DNA from: Mobula hypostoma
Lineage: Eukaryota
Length of the DNA: 64,000 nt
Assembly: GCF_963921235.1 (NCBI RefSeq)
Contig: NC_086097.1
Span: 185,878,001-185,942,000 of the forward strand
Direction of reading: 5' to 3'
Shown here: in pieces, positions 26,401 through 37,213 of the stretch
Layout of the letters: every line of letters starts with the position of its first letter
How positions within the stretch are numbered: the stretch's first letter is position 1
Program-made: the position numbers and the translations under genes
Notes under the pieces: generated by a model
Told to the model about the DNA's origin: nothing
The model's input: only the letters and a program-made list of their open reading frames with translations
Databases searched by the model: none

Positions 26401-27393
26401 TAACCCTCCCCCCCTCCCAGAACCGACGATACACCCTCCAATATCCACAGTCTGGATCAGTCTCTGTTTGGGAGGTCTGCCTCTGCGCCGCGGTGCCTGA
26501 ACCTCGACCGGCTGCGCCAAGTCCACATGGTCCGGTTTGAGTCGGTCCACCGTGAAAACCTCCTCTTTCCCCCAAATGTCCAGAACGTACGTGGACACGT
26601 TGATCCTGATCACCTTGAACGGCCCCTCGTAGGGCCGCTGTAGCGGTGCCCGGTGTGCCCCCCTTCGTACGAATACAAACTTACAGTTCTGCAGGTCTTT
26701 GGGTACGCAGATTGGGATCTGTCCGTGCTGTGAAGTCGGTACAGGGGCCAGGTTACCGAGCCTTTTGTGTAGTCTGTCCAGGACTGCTGTGGGTTCTTCC
26801 TCTTGCCCCCTTGGGGCTGGTATGAACTCTCCTGGGACGACCAGGGGTGCGCCGTGCACCAGCTCGGCCAACGAAGTGTGCAGATCTTCCTTGGGCGCCG
26901 TGCGGATTCCAAGCAGGACCCAGGGAAGCTCGTCCACCCAGTTAGGCCCTTTCAGGCGGGCCATGAGAGCCGACTTCAAGTGATGGTGGAAGCGTTCCAC
27001 AAGTCCGTTCGACTATGGGTGGTAGGCTGTTGTGTGGTGTAGCTGTGTTTCCAACAGGCTGGCCACAGCCAACCACAGGCTGGAGGTGAACTGGGCGCCT
27101 CTGTCGGAGGTAATGTGGGCCGGTAACCTGAAGCGTGCTACCCAGGTTGCAATCAGCGCTCGGGCGCAGGAATCAGCTCTGGTGTCGGTGAGCGGGATCG
27201 CCTCTGGCCATCTCGTGAACCAGTCTACCATAGTTAGGAGGTATCGCGCTCCTAGGGACACTGGCAGGGGCCCCATGATATCCACATGAATGTGGTCGAA
27301 CCTCCGGCGGGTGGGTTCGAACCGCTGCGGCGGAGCTTTGGTGTGCCGCTGCACCTTGGCTGTTTGGCACTGTGTGCATGTTTTGGCCCATTC

Positions 27394-28736
27394 ATAGAAC
27401 GTAGAACATAGAATAGTACAGCACAATACAGGCCCTTCGGCCCACAATGTTGTGCCGACCCTTAAACCCTGCCTCCCATATAAGCCCCCACCTTAAATTC
27501 CACCATATACCTGTCTAGTAGTCTCTTAGACTTCACTAGTGTATCTGCCTCCACCACTGACTCAGGCAGTGCATTCCATGCACCAGCCACTCTCTGAGTA
27601 AAAAACCTTCCTCCAATATCCCCCTTGAACTTCCCACCCCTCACCTTAAAGCCATGTCCTCTTGTCTTGAGCAGTGGTGCACTGGGGAAGAGGAGCTGGC
27701 TATCCACTCGATCTATTATTATCTTGTACACCTCTATCATGTCTCCTCTCATCCTCCTTCTCTCCAAAGAGTAAAGCCCTAGCTCCCTTAATCTCTGATC
27801 ATAATCCATTCTCTCTAAACCAGGCAGCATCCTGGTAAATCTCCTCTGTACCCTTTCCAATGCTTCCACATCCTTCCTATAGTGAGGTGATCAGAACTGG
27901 ACACAGTACTCCAAGTGTGACCTAACCAGAGTTTTATAGAGCTGCATCATTACATCGCGACTCTTAAACTCTATCCCTCGATTTATGAAAGTTAACACCC
28001 CATAAGCTTTCTTAACTACCCTATCCACCTGTGAGACAACTTTCAGGGATCTGTAGACATGTACCCCCAGATCCCTCTGGCTCCTCCACACTACCAAATA
28101 TCCTGCCATTTACTTTGTACTCTGCCTTGGAGTTTGTCCTTCCAAAGTGTATCACCTCACGCTTCTCCAGGTTGAACTCCATCTGCCATTTCTCAGCCGA
28201 CTTCTGCATCCTATCAATGTCTCTCTGCAATCTTTGACAATCCTCTACACTATCTACAACACCACCAACCTTTGTGTCGTCTGCAAACTTGACAACCCAC
28301 CCTTCTACCCCAACATCCAGGTCGTTAATAAAAATCACGAAAAGTAAAGGTCCCAGCACAGATCCTTGTGGGACACCACTAGTCACAATCCTCCAATCTG
28401 AATGTACTCCCTCCACTACGACTCTCTGCCTTCTGCAGGCGAGCCAATTCTGAATCCACCTGGCCAAACTTCCCTGTGTCCCATGCCTTCTGACTTTCTG
28501 AATAAGCCTACTGTGTGGAACCTTGTCAAATTCCTTACAAAAATCCATATAGATCACATCCACTGCACTACCCTCATCTGTATGCCTGGTCACCTCCTCA
28601 AAGAACTCTATCAGGCTTGTTAGACATGATCTACCCTTCACAAAACCATGCTGACTGTCCCTGATTGGACCATGATTCTCTAAATGCCCAGAGATCCTAT
28701 CTCTAAGAATCCTTTCCAACAGCTTTCCCACCACAC
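27394..28736 (-). mobile_element. CR1 LINE (young subfamily) inserted in the Gypsy integrase
   Basis: RT motifs GVPQGSVLGP and KFADDTK. 7-bp TSD cccattc at 27387-27393 and 28737-28743. Removing the insert restores KQVSEWAKTCTQCQ. Confidence 0.95.
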
Positions 28737-30414
28737 CCCATTCGCTGACCTGTTTGCGAAGTATGTGCCATATGAACTTGCTGCAGACCAACCGGATGGT
28801 TGTCCTGATAGATGGGTGTGCCAAGCCGTGTATGGAAGTGAACACTCGCCGCTGCCAGGCTGCCGGGACAGATGGGGAAGTTGGCCAGTAGCCACGTCAT
28901 ACAGGAGGGTCTGCCACGATGTTGTCCTTTCCCGAGACATGCTGGATGTCCGTCGTGTACTCGGAGATGTAGGACAGATGTCGCTGCTGGTGGGCCGACC
29001 AGGGATCAGACACCTTCGCGAACACGGTCAACGGTTTGTGGTCCGTGAACATGGTGAACAGCCTGCCTTCTAAGAAGTACCTGAAACGCTGGATTGCCAG
29101 ATATAGTGCCAACAGCTCCCGGATGAAGGCACTGTGCTTGAGTTCGGGTGGTCGTAGGTGCCTGCTGAAGAATGCCAGGGGTTGCCACTGCCCCTTGATG
29201 AGTTGCTCCAGTACCCCACTGACTGCTGTGTTGGATGTGTCCACTGTGAGGGTGGTTGGAACATCTGTTCTGGGGTGCACCAGCATCGTGGCGTCTGCCA
29301 AGGCTTCCTTGGCTTTAACAAAAGTGACCGCGTCCTCTTCGTCCCAAGTAATGTACTTGCCTTTACCCGACATCAGGGTGAACAAAGGGCACATGAACAA
29401 AGGGCTGCTGAGGAGAGGAAACGGTGGTAGAAGTTCACCATACCAACGAACTCCTGCAGGCCTTTGACTGTGTTGGGCCAGGCAGATCGCGTCTACCTTG
29501 GCAGGCAGAGGTGTTGCCCCGTCTTTGGTAATCCTGTGGCCCAGGAAGTCGATGGTGTCGAGTCCGAACTGGCATTTGCCTGGGTTGATCGTGAGGCCGA
29601 AATCACTCGGGCCGGAGTAGAGCTGGCGGACGTGGGACAGATGCTCCTGATGACTACTGCTGGTTATGAGGATGTCATCCAAAAAGATGAATGCAAAGTC
29701 CAGGTCACGTCCCACCGCATCCATTAGCTGCTGGAATGTCTGTGCGGCATTCTTCAGGCCGAACGGCATTCGGAGGAATTCAAACAGGCTGAACAGGGTG
29801 ATGAGTGCTGTTTTGGGGATGTCTTCAGGGTGTACCGGGATTTGATGGTATCCCCGGATGAGGTCTACTTTGGAAAAGCCATTTGCCCGTGCAGGTTTGC
29901 TGCAAAGTCCTGTATGTGTGGCACAGGGTAGCAGTCTAGAATTGTAGCCTCGTTCAGTCTGCGGTAGTCGCTGCATGGTCTCCAGCCCCTGGCTGCTTTG
30001 GGCACCATGTGCAGAGGGGAGGCCCATGGGCTGTCGGACCGCCGTACGATCCCCATTTCCCCTATCCTCTTGAACTCCTCCTCTGACAGTCGAAGATTGT
30101 CTGGGGGGAGCCTTCATGTGCGGGCGTGGAGGGGTGGTCCCTGGGTTGGAATGTGGTGCTGTACTCCGTGTCTGGGCATGGCTGCCGTGAACTGCGGTGC
30201 CAGAACCGATGGAAAGTCCGCCAGGATTCTGGTGAATTCGTTGTCAAACAGCATGATGGACTCCAGGAGTGGGGTCGGCAACTTGGCTTCACCCAGGGAG
30301 AATGTCTAGAAAGTCTTGGCATGGACCAGTCTTTTCCCTCCCTTCTTAAGGAGTGGAGTGACATATTCAATATTCCAGTCCTCTAGAGCCATTCCAGAAT
30401 CTAATAGAAATCCT

Positions 30415-31920
30415 TTTAAGGCACATAGGATTCATGGAGACTGGGTGGACTGGGATCAAAATTGGCCATAGAAGACAGAGGATGGTGATGGAGGAGTATT
30501 ATTCTGATGGGAGCTCTGAGGCCTTTGTTGTTTGTGATGTGTAAATGATTTGGCCAAACATGTGGTGGGTTAATTAGTAAGTTTACAGTCAATACAAAAA
30601 TTCGTGGAGTTGTGCACAGTGAGTGTCACATACCCCATGACGGGCATAAAGAACCAGCAGAAATAGAAAACAGTTTGGAGTCCAGTATTGTTATTAACTA
30701 ATACCGTTTATTAGTAACTACGCAATACAGTAATATAAATGTAGATAAATCAAACAGGTTAGCAATGATTATATATAAGTAAGTAAATCAGTAAGTGTGG
30801 AAATATATGTGAAAAATCAAGCTTCTTCAAGTCTAGGGGTAAAAAGATACAGTCTTACGATGATGTGTAAAATTCAGTTCAGTTCAGTTCGTGGTGTTAA
30901 GCTGAGTAGTGATGGAGAGAGAGAGAGAGGGAGAGATTTGAGTCTTCAGTTGGGCTGATGCGTCGATCTTCTCGTTGTCCTCCAAAATCCTTTAAAAGTC
31001 ATTGACTGTGACCACAACAAAGGGGACCAGTTTTCTGTGGTGGAGCTATCACCCAGGCAAGGGTGGACACATGGACGACTCCCCACCAGTCAACCCCTTT
31101 CCTTTTCACTGCAAGAGCGACTGATTGATCCTCCAAAAACCCACTTTTTCCTGTGGGCACACAAAGCACATTCAGTGTCCAAAACATGTGTCTGAGATCT
31201 ATATCATCTGACCTCCTATTTATCTCACCATACTGGATACCAGCTGTCATTCAAATAACTCCTTCTTCCTCTCTGTGTGTAAGAAATGCAAGCAGGCAAT
31301 GTCCTTGGGAAGTATAAACAAGCTGTGAGTAGTCTTCATCTCTCTTTCTCTCTTTCAAAACAACGTGTCGGTTTTAAATAACCCTCTCTCTCCCTCTCTC
31401 TCTTCCAAAAGCACAGTTTATAGGGGTAACCGGGCACAGTTCATAGGGGTAATTCAGGACCCCGTCACATGAGGAAGATTGTCAAAGGATATGGCAGGGT
31501 ATAGATCAGTTGGAAATAATGGTGGTGAAATAGCAGATGGACAAGTATGAGGCGTTGCACTTTGGGAGGTCAAATACAAGATCGAAGTATCTCGTACTTG
31601 ACAGAACCCTAAGGAGAACTGATGTACAAAAGGATCTTGAGGTGCAAGTCTACAGCTCCCTGGAAGTGATAAAGAAGTAGGAAGAGTGGTAAAAGGGACA
31701 TATGTCATATTTATCTTGATCATTTGGGTACTGAGTATAAAACTTGGCAAGTCATGTTGCAATTGAATAAAACTTTAGTTAGGCCAATTTGCAGTTCTGG
31801 TCACCATATTACAGGAAGGATGTAGAGACCATCAAAAGAGTGCTAAATAGGCTCATTACAATGTTGCCCTGATTGGAGAATATCAGCTATAAAGAGAAGT
31901 TGTACAAAGTTGGAGTAGTA
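30415..31920 (+). mobile_element. Old CR1 RT fragment split by a solo LTR
   Basis: Degenerate CR1 sequence that is continuous across 30623/31470 (gttgtgcacagtgag | gaagattgtcaaagg). Confidence 0.75.
30624..31469 (-). mobile_element. Solo LTR (846 bp)
   Basis: TGTCAC..GTCACA ends and 4-bp TSD tgag at 30620-30623 and 31470-31473. AATAAA on the minus strand near 30710 sets the orientation. No coding sequence. Confidence 0.8.
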
Positions 31921-32089
31921 GAGGTCAAGGTGATGAGCTGGGGGGAGTAGGATCCATGTCAGCTTGAAATAAAGCAATCCTATCAATCCCACACCCTCTC
32001 CTTAATTTCTTGAACCATTGCAACTTTTTTTTTTCTCACATGCAAATCAATTATGTTGTGATTCATATGCTAATTACTTACAGCAAGGG

Positions 32090-32225
32090 ATATTTTTTGG
32101 TACCAATTAATCTACCAGTACACTTTGGAATGGAGAAAACCTCATGGAAACCTATGTGGTCATAAGGAGAAAATGCAAACTCCCCATAGGTAGTGCAGAC
32201 CCTAGGCCCTAGAGCTGAGGCAAGA
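32090..32225 (-). mobile_element. Degenerate V-SINE
   Basis: tttggaatggagaaaacc..ggagaaaatgcaaactcc resembles the reverse V-SINE core. Confidence 0.45.
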
Positions 32226-33139
32226 TCCCTATTGGCTGTGCATTCATCAACTATTATTGCTAATGTTTACTATTGTAAAATAACAACTTAATGTATTTGG
32301 TTGAAGTACTTCTCTCTTCTGCTTCACTTTTGTTCATTTCTCTTTGGAGAAATAATAAATAATTACAGATTAAGCTTTTGATCATTAACATCTCACTGGT
32401 TAATTTCAAGACGAGTGAACATTCCTTGAGTTTTCATTAAATTAAAAGACCTAATTATCCAATAGATGAATAGTAAATCGCATAAATCCCCTTTCCATCT
32501 GATTACATCAAAAATATTGATTTGTCATGGTTATCTAAATTGTGGAGGCAAATGTAGCCTAGATCAAAATGACTGGCTATTTTAATTCTGTCATGACTAA
32601 TTCCAGATGACAACCATCTAAAATAATTTATTTCAAACTACTGTATTTAATCAGCTGCATATTGCTCAATGCAGCCTGTGTTTGGTGGTCACATCCCTTT
32701 CCCCCTACTTCATCCCACACTTCCTCTGAGGCCACATGGCTCTTGGGGGTCTGCCCACATTGCTGTCTCAGTTGTTTCTACAGGCCTCCTAAGACAGGAG
32801 ATGCATCTCTGGGGATGTATTGCCCTGATAGCCTGGTGACAGCTCATCCTGCCAGAAGGCCTTTCATTGTACTGGAATGGGTCTGATGATCAGAGATATT
32901 AGGGAATATGCTGACAATGATTAAAGAAATAAGTAGAACAAATGTTTGATGATTGTGATGGTGATGATTTTTATTTTTGATGACCAGAGAATAAGTAATG
33001 TTTTGGGGATTAAACAACATTGATCTTTTGGTGATATAGGAGTAAGTAGGGAAGATGATATATTACTACACAAGTAGTTAGTGCTGACACTTTGGTGAGA
33101 AACAAATTTGTGCAAGATGTTGCTTAGACTAAATTAATA

Positions 33140-33335
33140 CATAAGAGATTTTGCAGATACTGTATTGGAAATCTAGAGGAATGTGCAAAAAATATTTGAG
33201 GAATTCAGCAGGTCAGGCAGTATCTATGGAGAGGAATAAAGAGCCAACGTTTCAGACTGAGACCTGAGGGTAGGACTTGCACAGTGAACAGAAGGGCACT
33301 CAGGTCCTGAGTACCTCCACAATTTTGTGTATTTC
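33140..33335. mobile_element. Degenerate Penelope-derived hairpin element
   Basis: gaggaattcagcaggtcaggcagtatctatgg arm and partial inverse cctgagtacctccacaattttgtgt. Ribozyme core destroyed. Confidence 0.55.
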
Positions 33336-33825
33336 TATTCTTACTAAATTTACTATTCAGGTATTACACTTTTGCAAAATTATTCACAATGATCTCATAT
33401 TTTAGACCATAAGATGTAGGAGGAGAATTAGGCCATGTGGCCCATCAAGTCTGCTCTGCCAGATGACCATACCAGACTTATTTTTCCTCTCAATCCAATT
33501 CTCTTGGCATCTCCCCCATAAACTTTGATGCCTTTACTAATCAAGAACCTTTACCCGCTTTAGATACACCCAAATGACTTGGCTACCACAGTGACTGGCA
33601 ATGAATTCCACATTCACCACCTTCTGGCTAAAGAAATTCCTCCTCATCTCTGTTCTAAAGGGATGTCTTTCTATTCTGAGCCTGTTCCCTCTCCAGCAAT
33701 TAGAAACATCCCCTCCATGTGCACTCTATCTAGATCTTTCAATATTTGGCAGGTTTCAATGAGATCTACTCTCATTCTTCTAAATTCCAGTGAGAACAGG
33801 CCAAAAGCAACCAAAGGCTCCTCAT

Positions 33826-34160
33826 AAGAGGAATAGACAGAGTGGATAGCCTGCGCCTCTTCCCCAGGGCACCACTGCTCAATACAAGAGGACATGGCTT
33901 TAAGGTAAGGGGTAGGAAGTTCAAGGGGGATATTAGAGGAATGTTTTTTACTCAGAGAGTGGTTGGTGCGTGGAATGCACTGCCTGAGTCATTGGTGGAG
34001 GCAGATACACTAGTGAAGTTTAAGAGACTACTAGACAGGTATATGGAGGAATTTAAGCTGGGGGATTATATGGGAGGCAGGGTTTGAGGGTCAGCACAAC
34101 ATTGTGGGCCAAAGGGCCTGTAATGTGCTGTACTATTCTATGTTCTATGTTCTATGTTCT
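33826..34160 (+). mobile_element. CR1 3' end, young subfamily
   Basis: ORF end RLFPRAPLLNTRGHGFK..YMGGRV* and a (TTCTATG)n tail. Confidence 0.92.
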
Positions 34161-34162
34161 AT

Positions 34163-34468
34163 AGAGACTAGGATCACAAGGCTACTAAACAGCTTCCTCC
34201 CACAGGCAGTCAGACTGCTAAATAGTTGCTCCACCTGACTCTGCTTTGGACACTTTTAACTTGCACTGGACACTTATAACTGATTTTAACTGGCATGTGG
34301 CTGTTGTGTTTTACTATTTATTGTTATGTTTATTATTTAGTGTTGCATTTGTTATGTTATGATTGTGCTGCCCCTGAGAAACGCTGTCTCATTCTGCCCT
34401 GCAGAGCTGATGTATGGTTAGAATGACAATAAAGTTTTTTGAATCTTTTGAATCTTGAATCTTGAATC
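34163..34468 (+). mobile_element. Rex1/Babar-like 3' end with (TTGAATC)n tail
   Basis: RLLNSFLPQAVRLLN-coding segment, then gaatgacaataaag and gaatcttgaatcttgaatc. Confidence 0.75.
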
Positions 34469-34574
34469 TATATTAACACTTTCATTCCTGTGATTATTCT
34501 CATCAACCTGATCTGGACCATCTCCAACGTCTGCACATTCTTTCTTAGATATGGTGCTCAAAACTGCATACATT

Positions 34575-35640
34575 TACCCTATCCATAGCCCTCATAATTT
34601 TGTATACTCCTATCAAATCTCCCCTGATTCTCCTATACTACAGGAATAAAATACTAACCTATTCAACCTTTCCCCGTAACTCAGGTCCTCCAGTACCAGG
34701 GAACATCCTTGTAAATGTTCTCTATACTCTTACAATCTTATTGATACCTTTCCTGTAGGTAGGTAACCAGAACAGCAAACAATACTCCAATTTTGACCTT
34801 GCCAATGTCTTATACAACTTCAACATAATGTCTCAACTCCTGTAGTCAATATTTTGATTTATGAAGAACAATGTGCCAAAATCTCTCTTTACAACCCTGT
34901 CTACCGGTGATGCCACTTTCATGGAATTATAGATACCTATATCCTTTTGTTCTATCATACTCCTCAGTGCCCTGCTCTTCACTGTGTAAGTCTTACCCTA
35001 GTTTGTCCTCCCAAAGTATAACACCTTACATTTGTCTTCATTAAGTTCCAGATCCTGCAGCTGGTCCAGATCCTGCTGCAAACTTGAGTCTTCCTTACTG
35101 TCCACTATGCCCCCATTCTTCATACCATCTGCATATGTGCTAATCCAGTTGACCACATTATCATCCAAATCATTTATATATTCTGTACGCCAAACAACCG
35201 CAGAACCAGCACCAATCCCAGTGGCACACCACTCATCACAGGCCTCCAGTCAGAGAGGAAAGCATCTACTGCCACTCTCCGACTTCTCCTGCTAAGCCAA
35301 TGTTGAATCCAATTTATTACATTCATCCTGAATGCCAAGTGACTGAACCTTCCAGACCAACCTCCCATGGAGGACTTTGTCAAAGGCCTTGCTAAAGTCC
35401 ATGCAGGCAATATCCACTGCCTATTCTTCATCAACCTTCCTGGTAACCACTCCTGAAAAAGTATAAGATTGGTTAGGCATACACTATTACATGCAAAACC
35501 ATGTTGACTTTCACTAATCAGGTCCTGTTTATCCAAATAATTGTATATTTTGTCCCTTAGAATACTTTCCAATAATTTATCCACAACTGACGTCAGGCAC
35601 ACCAGTCTCTTATTTCCTCGTTTATCCTTCGAGCCTTTCT
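34575..35640 (-). mobile_element. CR1 RT fragment
   Basis: LVCLTSVVDKLLESILRDKI..SQHGF and WIQHWL..SGVP. Degenerate. Confidence 0.8.
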
Positions 35641-35940
35641 TGACTGATGGAAAATTGCAGTGGCAAGCAACAGGAAGCTCAAGGTTGTCCCTATTCGCTG
35701 AATACAGGTTCACTCTGTAAAGTAATCACCAGTCTAGGTTTTGTTTCTCCATGGTTCAAGAGACAAATACATGCGATATCGAGGAGGTACAAGTGAATCA
35801 CTGCTTCAGCTGGGAACACGGCTTGGATCTCTGGATGAAGGGAAGAGGTGAAAAGACATGTGTTGCTTCTCTTGCAATTGCATAGGAATTGCCTTAAGAA
35901 GAAGGGTAGTTGATGAAGATGGTAGACTGGAGCAAGCAGA
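35640..35940 (-). mobile_element. Degenerate Penelope GIY-YIG region
   Basis: HGETKPRL.. and ELPVACHCN resemble IGETRRRL..DLPVATHFN at 41875-41975. Confidence 0.55.
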
Positions 35941-36228
35941 TGTAAAGTCTGAAGTAAATTTATGATCAAAGTACGTATACGTTACTATATACAACCCTGA
36001 GATTCATTTTCTTGTGGCCATACTCAAATAAATCCATAATAGAATAATAACCATAACATAATCAATGAAAGACTGCACCAACTTAAGCATTCAACCAGTG
36101 TTCAAACTGTGTAAATATAAAAAGAAAGAAATAATAATAAGAAAAAAATAAATAAGCAAAAAATATTGAGAAAAATATTAGAGGAAGAGTCCTTCAAAGT
36201 GAGACCATAGGTTGTGGGAACATTTCAA

Positions 36229-36761
36229 CATAACCTTCCTCAGGTTCTGGTCTTCTAACATGAGGAAGGATACGCTGGCTTTGGAGGTGGTGCAGAGGAG
36301 GTTCACCAAGTTGATTCCAGAGATGAGGGGGTTAGACTATGAGGAGAGATTGAGTCACCTGGGACTGTACTTGCTGGAATTCAGAAGAATGAGAGGAGAT
36401 CTTATAGAAATATAAAATTATGAAAGGGATAGATAAGATAGAGGCTGGAAAGTTGTTACCACTGGTAGGTGAGACGAGAGCTAGGGGACATAGCCACCAA
36501 GATTCGGGGGAGTAAATTTAGCATGGAGATGAGGAGGAACTACTTTTTCCAGAGAGTGGTGAATCTGTGGAATTCTCTGTGGATGCTATCTCAGTAAATA
36601 TATTTAAGATAAGGTTGGATAGATTTCTGTATAGTAGGGGAATTAAGGGTTATTGGGGAAAAGGCAGGTAGGTGGAGATGAGTCCATGGCCAGATCAGGC
36701 TATTGAATAGCAGAGGAGGTTTAATGGGTCAGAAGGCCTACACCTGCTCCTACTTCTTGTG
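36229..36761 (+). mobile_element. CR1 3' fragment
   Basis: LEVVQRRFTKLIPEMRGLDYEERL..RMRGDLIE. Probable TSD ttcaa at 36224-36228 and 36762-36766. Confidence 0.88.
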
Positions 36762-36776
36762 TTCAATCATTGGGCA

Positions 36777-37213
36777 TATAGGAGCCACGTATTTGTTTTC
36801 TGTCTGTGTGGTATTTTGTGTTGTGTGTTTATTAGGAGCAATTTGGCACGTTGCGGCATGGTAGAAAAGCAAGTGAATATAGTTATATATTCACACTTTG
36901 TCTTAGTAGGTTCCGTTTAGTTGTTAGTTGGAGGCAGATGAGGAATGAGATTTCCTGTTGACTGCTTATTTTGCCATTTATGCTTAATTATGCTAATTTT
37001 AATGCTAATTACTTTTATCTTGTTATATTGCTAATTTAGTTTTGTTAGTTTTTTTTATTCACTAAAGATCATTCGTCTTTGCTGGTTTCATAATAAAGGA
37101 TCGAATGTACTTTTTCCGACTTGGAGCTCAGTTACTTGGAAGCACATCATACAGTGTTAACTCCAGTACTCAGTCGCTCAGCATTTTTGATTTGTTTTCA
37201 AGTAACCACAACA
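36777..37213 (+). repeat. BEL/Pao 5' LTR
   Basis: TATAGGAGCC..AACCACAACA is homologous to 40713-41041 plus 42534-42631. Confidence 0.88.

Larger units (their letters stand above)
26205..30337 (-). mobile_element. Gypsy LTR retrotransposon (RT-RNaseH-integrase and 3' LTR), 5'-truncated, disrupted
   Basis: SPWASPLHMVPK, FSKVDLIRGYHQIP, RMPFGLKNAAQTFQ and FLDDILI (RT). TVDTS, RELLA and TDHKPL (RNase H). HPSI..CTQCQ, HIHVDIMGP, SDRGAQF and ERFH (integrase), plus a GPY/F-like module. PPT at 26404-26418. Confidence 0.95.
33404..34560 (-). mobile_element. Old CR1 3' fragment interrupted by two plus-strand insertions
   Basis: LFSLEFRRMRVDLIET and a tail beginning agaccataagatgtaggag. Sequence resumes at about 34469. 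Confidence 0.8.

Noticed and set aside
28021..28845. 274-aa ORF joining an integrase zinc-binding segment to an RT
   Set aside because: It crosses the TSD-defined CR1/Gypsy junction at 28736, so it is not a real fusion gene.
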